Below are positions 45,749-56,493 of a stretch of DNA of 64,000 nt, piece by piece. Below the pieces are notes generated by a model. It had not been told where the DNA came from, searched no databases, and was given only the letters and a program-made list of their open reading frames with translations. The stretch is from assembly GCF_030384885.1 (NCBI RefSeq), contig NZ_CP128613.1; one strand, written 5' to 3'. The translations under genes were made by a program, and so were the position numbers. This DNA comes from Escherichia coli (GTDB lineage: Bacteria > Pseudomonadota > Gammaproteobacteria > Enterobacterales > Enterobacteriaceae). Numbering within the stretch: position 1 is the stretch's first letter; every line of letters starts with the position of its first letter.

Positions 45749-46215
45749 CAGCGAGTTTGCTCAGGTGCAGGGATGACCGAAATTGTCATGTATTTTTTCA
45801 GTCTGGCTTCTCGTTTCACACCTTTCGGATCTGAACCAAAAGGAAGCGTCAAGCATGGTGAGTCAACGGTTTGGATTGTCCAGAGAGAATCACCAATGAA
45901 TCTGAAATTGATGCTATCCGCTGTAACGGATAATCCCTCAAAACTTCCCGTCGCATACTCATTACCCAAACGTACGGTCTCTTTAACTCCATCGTTAACA
46001 TCGATAAGGACAATTGTCAGTGATTCCTCAAAAATAACGTCATCCGTCAGAAAAAGGATATAACGCTGGTCATTAACCTGAATTGCCGCTTCCAGTATTT
46101 GCCCTGGTACAATAATACCTGTGTTATTGCCATTAAGCACAACGTCAGACTGAGCCTGAGATAAATCAGTCGCTTTGTGAACCTTGACCAACGATATCGA
46201 ATTAACCTGTTGCAT
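45748..46215 (-). CDS. Hypothetical protein (about 155 aa from the ATG at 46215; the track ORF extends to a GTG at 46308)
   Basis: ORF from the track; start ambiguous among GTG 46308, ATG 46245 and ATG 46215, the last lying 2 nt after the stop of the small glycine-zipper ORF. Confidence 0.45.
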   Translation of the reverse strand: MQQVNSISLVKVHKATDLSQAQSDVVLNGNNTGIIVPGQILEAAIQVNDQRYILFLTDDVIFEESLTIVLIDVNDGVKETVRLGNEYATGSFEGLSVTADSINFRFIGDSLWTIQTVDSPCLTLPFGSDPKGVKREARLKKYMTISVIPAPEQTR

Positions 46216-46217
46216 AA

Positions 46218-46358
46218 TCAATTCCACAAGCGCCCCATTTCCCATGCGGCAAGTGCACCGCCGACAAAGCCGCCAATAAGTACGCAAACAGGTGCTCCTG
46301 GACCACACATCAATCCGGTCAACGCACCGCCTGCGACAGCACCGGCAATAATATTCAT
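46218..46358 (-). CDS. Small glycine-zipper hydrophobic peptide (46 aa), candidate small membrane protein or toxin-like peptide
   Basis: Hand translation gives MNIIAGAVAGGALTGLMCGPGAPVCVLIGGFVGGALAAWEMGRLWN with repeated GxxxG spacing; below the track length cutoff; no strong Shine-Dalgarno seen. Confidence 0.35.
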   Translation of the reverse strand: MNIIAGAVAGGALTGLMCGPGAPVCVLIGGFVGGALAAWEMGRLWN

Positions 46359-46541
46359 CCGGGTACGACTGCCAGTGGTTTTAACAGATTTACGCTCACC
46401 GTTACGTATCCTGCCACCACTCAGGTTGCAGACGCGGCAGTCACAGCCTTGACGGTGTTGAAACTAAAGTTCAGGTGATAGTCTGATGTTCATAGTTTGA
46501 GCATTATCCCCTGACAGAATCAAATCAAGCAGTGTCAATGA

Positions 46542-46799
46542 TCACGTGTATATATCATTTAAAGCATTATCAAGCCAATCTTCCATGTTTTTAATTTTAG
46601 CCCGCGCATATAAATCATTCATAACATCCTCATAACTCTGTCCATCATTGACCATACAATTAGCTGTATGAGGCAGAACATGTATAAAATCAGACAATAT
46701 AAAACAAGCCTTTGAATTTCCAGAGTTAGCTGCAATTCTGATATCAATCAATCCTCTGGCAATCAATTTAAGAATAACATCTTGCATTTTAATTTCCAT
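46542..46799 (-). CDS. Hypothetical small protein (85 aa)
   Basis: AT-rich ORF in the same orientation as its neighbours; no recognisable motif. Confidence 0.4.
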   Translation of the reverse strand: MEIKMQDVILKLIARGLIDIRIAANSGNSKACFILSDFIHVLPHTANCMVNDGQSYEDVMNDLYARAKIKNMEDWLDNALNDIYT

Positions 46800-46881
46800 A
46801 TCATCCAGTTAAATTTCAGTAGTAAATCGTCTATCAAAAAAAGATGAAATTAACATTCATAAATTTATTACAATATGAAAA

Positions 46882-47235
46882 TCAAAAATATACATCATCA
46901 GCTTCTACCGAAAACTCCATGGCTCCTAAGGCACCTAAATCAATACTAAATATAGTATCACTTTCCTTAGCACTCCCAACATAGATAAAATAGCCTAAAT
47001 CTCCGTCTTGACCTATCAAAAAATAGTCAGGTTCCACTTGTTGAATATCATATGTTTCATTTCTTTCAATAAGATCAGAATAGTTATATAAATATAATGT
47101 TTCGTGCTTCTTATTAGTTATTTCATAGGTCTCACTATCTTTAATTTCTTCTATCAAAAAACGTTTATACACTGGAGGAAACTTGATTGACATGTCAAAT
47201 TCAATTTTATTTATATATTCTATAATTTTATTCAT
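46882..47235 (-). CDS. SUKH/SMI1-KNR4-like putative immunity protein (117 aa)
   Basis: Motif LIGQDGDLGYFIYV resembles the conserved G-x-D-G-x-G-x-Y core of SUKH immunity proteins; short, acidic, AT-rich; sits where K-12 has rhs-associated genes. Confidence 0.5.
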   Translation of the reverse strand: MNKIIEYINKIEFDMSIKFPPVYKRFLIEEIKDSETYEITNKKHETLYLYNYSDLIERNETYDIQQVEPDYFLIGQDGDLGYFIYVGSAKESDTIFSIDLGALGAMEFSVEADDVYF

Positions 47236-47464
47236 GTTAAGAATACCTGAAAGATTATTTATTGATTATCTTGATGAATATATCTTCACTTTTTATTTTC
47301 ATTTACTCATCGCGGAAATACACATTGCCTTGTAGACAAGCGCTAATAATACGTTATGAACCTGACTTCCGCCAGACAATCAATCTATGAATTCATTACG
47401 CCGTAGTGTTTTAGAAAGACACTTTCTGACCAGATGGTGAACCATATACTACATCGCGCATTAT

Positions 47465-47500
47465 AAAAAAACCGCCAGCGTTTCCACTAGCGGTTTTCAA
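47465..47500. terminator. Hairpin flanked by A-run and T-run; probable bidirectional terminator after ybfA
   Basis: Sequence aaaaaaaccgccagcgtttccactagcggttttcaa. Confidence 0.5.
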
Positions 47501-47519
47501 TGTTTTCAAAACTCAGCAA

Positions 47520-47726
47520 TCAGTAAAAATCACCGGTTGCCTTTTCGGCCTGATCCATCCACACCGGCTTATCGCTGGTTTTCGACCAGACGCGATGCAG
47601 GTAGCTGTAAAAGCGGGCGCGGTCTTTCCAGAAAAGCATGAAAGGCAGCGCCAAAACGCCCGCTGCAACCGCATAAGTACGGCGTAAAAAGATAAGCCAT
47701 GCAGGATATTCTCTGTAGAGTTCCAT
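47520..47726 (-). CDS. ybfA: Small membrane protein YbfA (DUF2517)
   Basis: 68-aa [71 protein letters not shown]. Confidence 0.9.
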
Positions 47727-47935
47727 ACTTTTCTCCCCCTTTTGTATCTACCCGGTGAATGGCACCGGAAAAATGAATTTGTTTATCTGATGAAAATAGT
47801 ACCGCCTTTTGTGTAATTTTACTACTCATCCGACCACTTATTTTTGCTTATTGATGGTTTATTTACATTCATCGTGTAATTAAGTTACATGAAAGTTAAA
47901 TTAATACTAAACATTAGTTAAATCATGGCTTTTGC

Positions 47936-47964
47936 CATTTTTATACTTTTTTTACACCCCACCC
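47936..47964 (+). promoter_or_regulatory. KdpE response-regulator binding site in the kdpFABC promoter
   Basis: Sequence tttttatactttttttacaccccacccg contains the TTTATA...TTTACA direct half-sites that I recall from the KdpE-DNA literature; located about 75 bp upstream of kdpF. Confidence 0.6.
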
Positions 47965-48038
47965 GCAGATTTTTGCGAAATCTTTGCAGCCAGAATTCTA
48001 CCCTTCCGGTATCACTTTTAGGCCACTGGAGGTGCACT

Positions 48039-48128
48039 GTGAGTGCAGGCGTGATAGCCGGCGTGTTGCTGGTGTTTTTATTACTGGGTTATCTGGTTTA
48101 TGCCCTGATCAATGCGGAGGCGTTCTGA
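48039..48128 (+). CDS. kdpF: K+-transporting ATPase small subunit KdpF (29 aa)
   Basis: GTG start after a GGAGG Shine-Dalgarno; translation [29 protein letters not shown]; stop overlaps the kdpA start (TGATG). Confidence 0.9.
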   Translation: MSAGVIAGVLLVFLLLGYLVYALINAEAF

Positions 48129-49801
48129 TGGCTGCGCAAGGGTTCTTACTGATTGCCACGTTTTTACTGGTGTTAATGGTGCTGGCGCGCCCTTTGGGCA
48201 GTGGGCTGGCGCGGCTGATTAATGATATTCCTCTTCCTGGTACGACGGGCGTTGAGCGCGTACTTTTTCGCGCACTTGGCGTGTCTGACCGTGAGATGAA
48301 CTGGAAGCAGTATCTCTGTGCCATTCTCGGCCTGAACATGCTGGGGCTGGCAGTGCTGTTTTTTATGTTGCTCGGTCAGCACTATCTGCCGCTTAATCCA
48401 CAGCAGTTGCCAGGGCTGTCGTGGGATCTGGCGCTGAATACCGCCGTCAGCTTTGGCACGAATACCAACTGGCAATCTTACAGCGGTGAAACCACGTTGA
48501 GCTATTTCAGCCAGATGGCGGGCTTAACGGTGCAAAACTTTCTTTCTGCCGCCAGCGGGATTGCGGTGATTTTTGCCCTCATTCGTGCATTTACCCGCCA
48601 GAGCATGAGCACACTCGGGAATGCCTGGGTCGATCTGCTACGCATCACGTTATGGGTGCTAGTCCCTGTGGCGTTGTTGATCGCACTGTTTTTTATTCAA
48701 CAAGGTGCGCTGCAAAACTTTCTGCCCTATCAGGCGGTGAATACCGTTGAAGGAGCGCAACAGCTGTTACCCATGGGGCCTGTAGCTTCTCAGGAAGCGA
48801 TCAAGATGCTCGGTACTAACGGCGGTGGCTTCTTTAATGCCAACTCGTCGCATCCGTTTGAAAACCCAACCGCACTGACCAACTTCGTGCAGATGCTGGC
48901 GATTTTCTTGATCCCAACAGCGCTGTGCTTTGCCTTTGGTGAAGTGGCAGGCGATCGCCGCCAGGGGCGCATGTTGCTGTGGGCGATGTCAGTGATTTTT
49001 GTCATCTGCGTAGGCGTGGTGATGTGGGCAGAAGTTCAGGGTAATCCTCATCTGCTGGCGCTGGGTGCGGACAGCAGCATCAATATGGAAGGTAAAGAGA
49101 GCCGTTTCGGCGTGCTGGTCAGTAGCCTGTTTGCGGTCGTGACTACAGCGGCTTCCTGTGGCGCGGTGATTGCGATGCATGATTCGTTTACCGCTCTCGG
49201 CGGCATGGTGCCGATGTGGCTGATGCAAATTGGTGAAGTGGTGTTCGGCGGTGTCGGTTCTGGTCTTTACGGCATGATGCTGTTTGTCCTGCTGGCGGTG
49301 TTTATTGCTGGGCTGATGATTGGTCGTACGCCGGAATATCTGGGTAAAAAAATCGACGTACGCGAGATGAAACTGACCGCACTGGCGATTCTGGTCACTC
49401 CAACGCTGGTACTGATGGGCGCAGCACTGGCGATGATGACCGACGCCGGACGTAGCGCCATGCTCAACCCTGGCCCGCATGGTTTTAGCGAAGTGCTGTA
49501 CGCCGTGTCATCCGCCGCTAACAACAACGGCAGCGCCTTTGCCGGATTAAGCGCCAACTCTCCGTTCTGGAACTGTTTACTGGCGTTCTGCATGTTTGTT
49601 GGTCGCTTCGGGGTGATTATCCCGGTAATGGCAATTGCCGGTTCGCTGGTGAGTAAAAAGAGCCAACCCGCCAGCTCCGGCACGCTGCCAACGCACGGCC
49701 CGCTGTTTGTTGGCCTGTTAATCGGCACCGTGTTGCTGGTTGGCGCACTGACCTTTATCCCTGCCCTGGCGCTTGGTCCGGTGGCGGAATATCTCTCCTG
49801 A
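48127..49801 (+). CDS. kdpA: K+-transporting ATPase subunit A
   Basis: 557-aa ORF from [30 protein letters not shown]... Confidence 0.97.
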
Positions 49802-49823
49802 TGATATTGAGTGAGCACTGAAT

Positions 49824-51872
49824 ATGAGTCGTAAACAACTGGCGCTATTCGAACCAACACTTGTCGTTCAGGCGCTGAAAGAAGCGGTGAAAAAATTAAA
49901 CCCGCAGGCGCAATGGCGCAATCCGGTGATGTTTATCGTCTGGATCGGCAGTCTGCTGACCACCTGTATTAGCATCGCGATGGCAAGCGGTGCGATGCCT
50001 GGCAATGCGCTGTTTAGCGCGGCCATTAGCGGCTGGCTGTGGGTCACCGTACTGTTCGCTAATTTCGCCGAGGCGCTGGCAGAAGGCCGCAGTAAAGCGC
50101 AGGCCAACAGTCTGAAAGGGGTGAAAAAAACTGCCTTTGCCCGCAAGCTGCGTGAGCCGAAATATGGCGCTGCGGCGGACAAAGTTCCTGCCGATCAACT
50201 GCGTAAAGGCGATATCGTGCTGGTAGAAGCTGGCGATATTATCCCCTGCGATGGTGAAGTCATTGAAGGGGGCGCATCGGTCGATGAAAGCGCCATCACC
50301 GGGGAATCGGCACCGGTGATCCGTGAATCCGGCGGCGATTTTGCCTCCGTCACCGGCGGCACGCGTATTCTTTCTGACTGGCTGGTGATTGAGTGCAGCG
50401 TTAACCCCGGTGAGACATTTCTGGATCGGATGATCGCGATGGTGGAAGGCGCGCAGCGACGTAAAACGCCGAACGAGATTGCCCTGACCATTCTGCTGAT
50501 TGCCCTGACTATCGTCTTTTTACTGGCAACCGCCACGCTGTGGCCGTTTTCCGCGTGGGGCGGTAATGCAGTCAGTGTAACGGTACTGGTGGCGCTGCTG
50601 GTCTGTCTGATTCCAACCACCATCGGTGGCCTGTTGTCAGCGATCGGCGTCGCCGGGATGAGTCGGATGCTGGGCGCGAATGTGATTGCCACCAGCGGGC
50701 GTGCAGTTGAAGCGGCGGGCGACGTGGACGTCCTGCTGCTGGATAAAACCGGTACCATCACCCTCGGTAACCGTCAGGCATCAGAGTTTATCCCTGCGCA
50801 GGGCGTAGAGGAAAAAACGCTGGCCGACGCAGCGCAACTGGCTTCGCTGGCCGACGAAACGCCGGAAGGCCGCAGTATTGTGATCCTCGCCAAGCAGCGT
50901 TTTAACCTGCGCGAGCGCGATGTGCAGTCGCTTCACGCCACTTTTGTACCGTTTACTGCGCAAAGTCGAATGAGCGGGATCAATATCGATAACCGTATGA
51001 TCCGTAAAGGTTCTGTCGATGCCATTCGCCGCCATGTTGAGGCTAACGGTGGTCACTTCCCTGCCGATATCGATCAAAAAGTCGATCAGGTTGCGCGTCA
51101 GGGAGCCACGCCGCTGGTGGTGGTGGAAGGTTCTCGTGTGCTGGGCGTTATTGCGCTGAAAGATATCGTCAAAGGCGGTATTAAAGAGCGCTTCGCCCAA
51201 CTGCGCAAAATGGGCATTAAAACGGTGATGATTACTGGCGATAACCGTCTGACTGCCGCCGCCATTGCCGCGGAAGCGGGCGTCGATGATTTCCTCGCCG
51301 AAGCGACACCGGAGGCCAAGCTGGCGTTAATTCGTCAGTATCAGGCGGAAGGCCGTTTGGTGGCGATGACCGGCGACGGCACCAACGATGCTCCGGCGCT
51401 GGCGCAGGCAGATGTCGCGGTGGCGATGAACTCTGGTACTCAGGCGGCGAAAGAAGCGGGCAATATGGTGGATCTCGACTCTAACCCGACCAAGTTGATC
51501 GAGGTGGTGCATATTGGCAAACAGATGCTGATGACCCGTGGCTCGCTGACCACCTTCAGCATTGCCAACGATGTGGCGAAATACTTCGCCATTATTCCGG
51601 CGGCGTTCGCGGCAACATATCCGCAGTTAAATGCGCTGAACATCATGCGCCTGCATTCACCCGACTCCGCCATCCTCAGTGCGGTGATTTTCAACGCCTT
51701 GATTATCGTCTTTTTAATTCCCCTGGCGTTAAAAGGCGTGAGTTATAAACCGCTTACCGCTTCTGCCATGTTGCGCCGTAACTTATGGATTTACGGTCTG
51801 GGTGGGCTGCTGGTGCCGTTTATTGGTATCAAAGTCATTGATTTACTGCTGACCGTTTGCGGTCTGGTGTGA
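49824..51872 (+). CDS. kdpB: K+-transporting P-type ATPase subunit B
   Basis: 682-aa ORF with P-type ATPase motifs DKTGTIT and [12 protein letters not shown]. Confidence 0.98.
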   Translation: MSRKQLALFEPTLVVQALKEAVKKLNPQAQWRNPVMFIVWIGSLLTTCISIAMASGAMPGNALFSAAISGWLWVTVLFANFAEALAEGRSKAQANSLKGVKKTAFARKLREPKYGAAADKVPADQLRKGDIVLVEAGDIIPCDGEVIEGGASVDESAITGESAPVIRESGGDFASVTGGTRILSDWLVIECSVNPGETFLDRMIAMVEGAQRRKTPNEIALTILLIALTIVFLLATATLWPFSAWGGNAVSVTVLVALLVCLIPTTIGGLLSAIGVAGMSRMLGANVIATSGRAVEAAGDVDVLLLDKTGTITLGNRQASEFIPAQGVEEKTLADAAQLASLADETPEGRSIVILAKQRFNLRERDVQSLHATFVPFTAQSRMSGINIDNRMIRKGSVDAIRRHVEANGGHFPADIDQKVDQVARQGATPLVVVEGSRVLGVIALKDIVKGGIKERFAQLRKMGIKTVMITGDNRLTAAAIAAEAGVDDFLAEATPEAKLALIRQYQAEGRLVAMTGDGTNDAPALAQADVAVAMNSGTQAAKEAGNMVDLDSNPTKLIEVVHIGKQMLMTRGSLTTFSIANDVAKYFAIIPAAFAATYPQLNALNIMRLHSPDSAILSAVIFNALIIVFLIPLALKGVSYKPLTASAMLRRNLWIYGLGGLLVPFIGIKVIDLLLTVCGLV

Positions 51873-51880
51873 GGTTTACC

Positions 51881-52453
51881 ATGCGTGGATTACGTCCGGC
51901 ATTATCAACATTTCTCTTTTTGTTACTGATTACTGGCGGTGTTTACCCGCTGCTGACCACCGCGCTGGGGCAATGGTGGTTTCCCTGGCAGGCCAATGGT
52001 TCGTTGATTCGCGAAGGTGATACGGTGCGCGGCTCGGCATTAATCGGGCAGAATTTTACCGGCAACGGCTATTTTCATGGTCGCCCGTCGGCAACGGCAG
52101 AAATGCCCTATAATCCACAGGCTTCTGGCGGGAGCAATCTGGCGATCAGTAACCCTGAGCTGGATAAACTAATAGCCGCACGCGTTGCTGCATTACGGGC
52201 CGCTAACCCGGATGCCAGCGCGAACGTTCCGGTTGAACTGGTGACGGCGTCGGCAAGCGGGCTGGACAATAACATCACCCCGCAAGCGGCGGCCTGGCAG
52301 ATCCCACGCGTGGCGAAAGCGCGTAATCTCAGCGTTGAACAGCTCACGCAGCTGATCGCAAAATATAGCCAACAACCGCTGGTGAAATATATCGGCCAGC
52401 CGGTCGTCAACATTGTCGAACTCAATCTGGCGCTGGATAAGCTTGATGAATAA
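51881..52453 (+). CDS. kdpC: K+-transporting ATPase subunit C
   Basis: [42 protein letters not shown]...; start at the ATG preceded by GAGG. Confidence 0.95.
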   Translation: MRGLRPALSTFLFLLLITGGVYPLLTTALGQWWFPWQANGSLIREGDTVRGSALIGQNFTGNGYFHGRPSATAEMPYNPQASGGSNLAISNPELDKLIAARVAALRAANPDASANVPVELVTASASGLDNNITPQAAAWQIPRVAKARNLSVEQLTQLIAKYSQQPLVKYIGQPVVNIVELNLALDKLDE

Positions 52454-55130
52454 CGAACCCTTACGTCCCGACCCCGATCGTCTGCTGGAACAAACTGCCG
52501 CGCCGCATCGGGGGAAGCTGAAAGTATTTTTCGGTGCCTGTGCAGGCGTCGGGAAGACCTGGGCGATGCTGGCAGAAGCCCAGCGACTGCGGGCGCAAGG
52601 GCTGGATATTGTGGTTGGCGTGGTTGAAACTCACGGACGGAAAGATACCGCCGCAATGCTGGAAGGGCTGGCTGTTCTGCCGCTAAAACGCCAGGCGTAC
52701 CGTGGGCGGCACATCAGCGAGTTTGATCTCGATGCCGCCCTCGCCCGCCGTCCGGCGCTGATCTTAATGGACGAACTGGCGCACAGTAATGCGCCAGGCT
52801 CTCGTCATCCTAAACGCTGGCAGGACATTGAAGAGCTGCTGGAAGCGGGCATTGATGTTTTCACTACCGTCAACGTTCAGCATCTGGAAAGCCTGAACGA
52901 TGTGGTCAGCGGCGTCACCGGAATTCAGGTGCGGGAAACCGTGCCCGATCCCTTTTTTGATGCTGCCGACGACGTAGTGCTGGTGGACTTGCCCCCAGAC
53001 GATCTGCGTCAACGGCTGAAAGAAGGCAAAGTCTATATTGCCGGGCAGGCGGAGCGCGCCATTGAACATTTTTTCCGCAAAGGCAATCTGATCGCCCTGC
53101 GCGAACTGGCACTGCGCCGTACTGCCGATCGCGTAGATGAGCAAATGCGCGCCTGGCGGGGGCATCCTGGCGAAGAGAAAGTCTGGCACACGCGCGACGC
53201 GATTCTTTTATGTATTGGGCATAACACCGGCAGCGAAAAACTGGTCCGCGCGGCGGCACGGTTGGCATCGCGCCTTGGGAGCGTCTGGCACGCGGTGTAT
53301 GTTGAAACCCCTGCCCTGCATCGCTTACCGGAGAAAAAACGTCGGGCAATTCTCAGCGCCTTACGTCTGGCGCAGGAGCTGGGCGCGGAGACAGCAACAC
53401 TTTCTGATCCGGCGGAAGAAAAAGCCGTAGTGCATTATGCCCGTGAACATAATCTCGGCAAGATTATTCTCGGTCGCCCGGCCTCGCGCCGCTGGTGGCG
53501 TCGGGAAACGTTTGCTGACCGACTGGCGCGCATCGCCCCCGATCTCGATCAGGTGCTGGTCGCGCTTGATGAACCACCCGCCCGCCCGCTTAATAACGCG
53601 CCGGATAGCCGCTCTTTTAAAGACAAGTGGCGGGTACAGATTCAGGGGTGCGTGGTTGCCGCCGCGTTATGTGCCGTTATCACCTTAATTGCCATGCAGT
53701 GGCTGATGGCGTTTGATGCCGCCAACCTGGTGATGCTGTATCTGCTTGGCGTGGTGGTGGTGGCGCTATTTTATGGACGCTGGCCTTCGGTGCTTGCTAC
53801 CGTCATTAATGTGGTGAGTTTCGATCTCTTTTTTATCGCCCCACGCGGCACGCTCGCCGTCTCTGATGTGCAATATCTGCTGACCTTCGCGGTGATGTTA
53901 ACCGTCGGGCTGGTGATCGGGAACCTTACTGCTGGCGTGCGTTATCAGGCGCGGGTAGCCCGTTACCGCGAACAACGCACACGGCACTTATATGAAATGT
54001 CGAAAGCTCTGGCTGTGGGCCGCAGTCCGCAGGACATCGCCGCCACCAGCGAACAATTTATTGCTTCTACGTTTCATGCCCGCAGCCAGGTATTGTTACC
54101 CGATGACAACGGTAAATTGCAGCCGTTAACACATCCGCAAGGAATGACGCCGTGGGACGATGCCATCGCGCAGTGGAGTTTTGATAAAGGCCTGCCTGCG
54201 GGCGCGGGCACCGATACGTTACCCGGTGTGCCATACCAGATTTTGCCGTTAAAAAGCGGTGAGAAAACCTACGGGCTGGTGGTGGTGGAACCGGGGAATC
54301 TGCGCCAGTTGATGATCCCGGAACAGCAACGCCTGCTGGAGACGTTCACGCTGTTAGTTGCCAATGCCCTGGAACGCCTGGCGCTGACCGCCAGCGAAGA
54401 ACAGGCGCGGATGGCAAGCGAACGAGAACAGATCCGCAACGCCCTGCTGGCGGCGCTTTCGCATGATTTACGCACGCCGCTTACGGTGCTGTTCGGTCAG
54501 GCAGAAATCTTAACGCTCGATCTGGCAAGCGAAGGATCGCCTCACGCCCGCCAGGCCAGCGAGATTCGTCAGCATGTGCTGAACACGACCCGACTGGTGA
54601 ATAATCTACTGGATATGGCGCGAATTCAGTCCGGCGGCTTTAATTTGAAGAAAGAGTGGTTAACGCTGGAAGAAGTGGTCGGTAGCGCGCTACAAATGCT
54701 GGAACCGGGATTATCATCGCCCATCAACCTGTCTTTGCCAGAACCGCTGACCTTAATCCACGTTGATGGGCCACTCTTTGAACGGGTGCTGATTAATCTG
54801 CTGGAGAACGCGGTGAAATATGCGGGTGCGCAGGCCGAAATTGGTATCGATGCCCACGTTGAGGGCGAAAATCTACAACTGGATGTCTGGGATAACGGCC
54901 CCGGTCTTCCGCCAGGTCAGGAGCAGACGATATTCGATAAGTTTGCTCGTGGAAATAAAGAGTCGGCGGTGCCGGGCGTTGGGCTTGGGCTGGCAATTTG
55001 TCGGGCGATTGTGGATGTACACGACGGCACCATTACCGCCTTCAACCGACCGCAAGGTGGTGCCTGTTTTCGTGTTACACTTCCCCAGCAAACTGCCCCT
55101 GAACTTGAAGAATTTCATGAGGATATGTGA
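52446..55130 (+). CDS. kdpD: Sensor histidine kinase KdpD
   Basis: 894-aa protein from [42 protein letters not shown]; H-box [13 protein letters not shown]; overlaps the kdpC end. Confidence 0.97.
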   Translation: MNNEPLRPDPDRLLEQTAAPHRGKLKVFFGACAGVGKTWAMLAEAQRLRAQGLDIVVGVVETHGRKDTAAMLEGLAVLPLKRQAYRGRHISEFDLDAALARRPALILMDELAHSNAPGSRHPKRWQDIEELLEAGIDVFTTVNVQHLESLNDVVSGVTGIQVRETVPDPFFDAADDVVLVDLPPDDLRQRLKEGKVYIAGQAERAIEHFFRKGNLIALRELALRRTADRVDEQMRAWRGHPGEEKVWHTRDAILLCIGHNTGSEKLVRAAARLASRLGSVWHAVYVETPALHRLPEKKRRAILSALRLAQELGAETATLSDPAEEKAVVHYAREHNLGKIILGRPASRRWWRRETFADRLARIAPDLDQVLVALDEPPARPLNNAPDSRSFKDKWRVQIQGCVVAAALCAVITLIAMQWLMAFDAANLVMLYLLGVVVVALFYGRWPSVLATVINVVSFDLFFIAPRGTLAVSDVQYLLTFAVMLTVGLVIGNLTAGVRYQARVARYREQRTRHLYEMSKALAVGRSPQDIAATSEQFIASTFHARSQVLLPDDNGKLQPLTHPQGMTPWDDAIAQWSFDKGLPAGAGTDTLPGVPYQILPLKSGEKTYGLVVVEPGNLRQLMIPEQQRLLETFTLLVANALERLALTASEEQARMASEREQIRNALLAALSHDLRTPLTVLFGQAEILTLDLASEGSPHARQASEIRQHVLNTTRLVNNLLDMARIQSGGFNLKKEWLTLEEVVGSALQMLEPGLSSPINLSLPEPLTLIHVDGPLFERVLINLLENAVKYAGAQAEIGIDAHVEGENLQLDVWDNGPGLPPGQEQTIFDKFARGNKESAVPGVGLGLAICRAIVDVHDGTITAFNRPQGGACFRVTLPQQTAPELEEFHEDM

Positions 55131-55804
55131 CAAACGTTCTGATTGTTGAAGATGAACAGGCTATTCGTCGCTTTCTGCGCACGGCGCTGGAGGGCGATGG
55201 GATGCGCGTCTTTGAGGCCGAAACGCTGCAACGCGGCTTGCTGGAAGCGGCAACCCGTAAGCCCGATTTGATTATTCTCGATCTCGGCCTGCCAGACGGT
55301 GATGGGATTGAGTTTATCCGCGACCTGCGCCAGTGGAGCGCGGTGCCAGTAATTGTGCTTTCCGCCCGCAGCGAAGAGAGCGACAAAATCGCCGCGCTGG
55401 ATGCTGGAGCGGATGATTATCTGAGTAAGCCATTTGGTATTGGCGAATTACAGGCCCGTCTGCGCGTTGCTTTACGTCGCCACTCCGCCACCGCCGCTCC
55501 CGATCCGCTGGTGAAATTTTCTGATGTTACCGTCGATTTAGCCGCCCGCGTAATCCACCGCGGCGAGGAAGAGGTGCATCTCACCCCGATTGAATTCCGC
55601 CTGCTGGCGGTGCTGCTCAACAATGCCGGAAAAGTGCTCACCCAGCGCCAGCTTCTCAACCAGGTGTGGGGACCAAACGCGGTCGAACACAGCCACTATT
55701 TGCGTATATATATGGGGCATCTGCGACAAAAACTGGAGCAAGATCCCGCCCGCCCTCGCCATTTTATTACTGAAACCGGTATTGGGTATCGGTTTATGCC
55801 ATGA
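55127..55804 (+). CDS. kdpE: Response regulator KdpE (OmpR family)
   Basis: GTG start overlapping the kdpD stop; [37 protein letters not shown]... Confidence 0.97.
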   Translation: MTNVLIVEDEQAIRRFLRTALEGDGMRVFEAETLQRGLLEAATRKPDLIILDLGLPDGDGIEFIRDLRQWSAVPVIVLSARSEESDKIAALDAGADDYLSKPFGIGELQARLRVALRRHSATAAPDPLVKFSDVTVDLAARVIHRGEEEVHLTPIEFRLLAVLLNNAGKVLTQRQLLNQVWGPNAVEHSHYLRIYMGHLRQKLEQDPARPRHFITETGIGYRFMP

Positions 55805-56078
55805 ATTATTATTCAATAAATACGCTTAACTAATTATTAATTTATTATTAAACCTGCCCCGAAAATTATTATTTGGCAGGTTTAATTTCTTAATGAAAAT
55901 ATAACCTACGAAATTGCAACATTTAAACAACAAAACAGCATCTAATATGGCGCTATTCATAATTAACGATTTATTATTTGGGGTGTGATCGTTTTTTGTT
56001 GATCTTCTTCACAGTTTATAGCCTTTTCATGGATAGAATAACTCTACCTTCAACTGACACAGCAAAAGGTAAAGGTAA

Positions 56079-56183
56079 ATGGAAAATAATAACCGCTTAA
56101 TGCCTCATATAAGGCGGACAACCCATATCATGAAGTTTGCCCATCGTAATAGTTTTGACTTTCATTTCTTTAATGCCCGTTAG
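56079..56183 (+). CDS. speFL: speF leader arrest peptide SpeFL (34 aa; ornithine-sensing nascent peptide)
   Basis: Hand translation gives MENNNRLMPHIRRTTHIMKFAHRNSFDFHFFNAR; the C-terminal HIRRTTHIMKFAHRNSFDFHFFNAR matches my recollection of SpeFL; about 300 nt upstream of speF. Confidence 0.8.
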   Translation: MENNNRLMPHIRRTTHIMKFAHRNSFDFHFFNAR

Positions 56184-56493
56184 TCTTCTGACTAAAGGGC
56201 ACCCCAGCGTACAGGTCTCCCTGACTTTAAGCATTACAGGTTAATACCTGTATCCCTCGGTGCTCATATACTGCTAACCCTTTTAAACTCTAAATAATTC
56301 AAGTCGCAGCACTAGCAACTTGAAGTATGACGAGTATAGCCAGTTACCGGGCTGGTCTGGGTTATTGCATCTGCAAAAAGCAAACTACTGATTTATTTAT
56401 CAGCGGTGGAGTTTTGCTTTTTTTCCGGCGTGATCGATTTCTCCTTTGAGAAATTGAGGACCTGCTATTACCTGAAATAAAGAGATGAACAAA
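56184..56493 (+). promoter_or_regulatory. speF leader/attenuator region between speFL and speF
   Basis: Positional; about 310-nt untranslated interval between the leader ORF and speF. Confidence 0.5.

Noticed and set aside
46215-46308. N-terminal 31 codons of the 186-aa ORF, starting at GTG 46308
   Set aside because: This segment is Cys/Arg-rich and overlaps the small glycine-zipper ORF in another frame; a downstream ATG (46245 or 46215) is more plausible, so the feature is reported from 46215.
50195-50761. 188-aa minus-strand ORF inside kdpB, with similar ORFs at 49267-49860, 48989-49480 and 52108-52656
   Set aside because: Antisense to the kdpA, kdpB and kdpC coding sequence; Ser/Thr/Pro/Ala-rich low-complexity translations; shadow ORFs.
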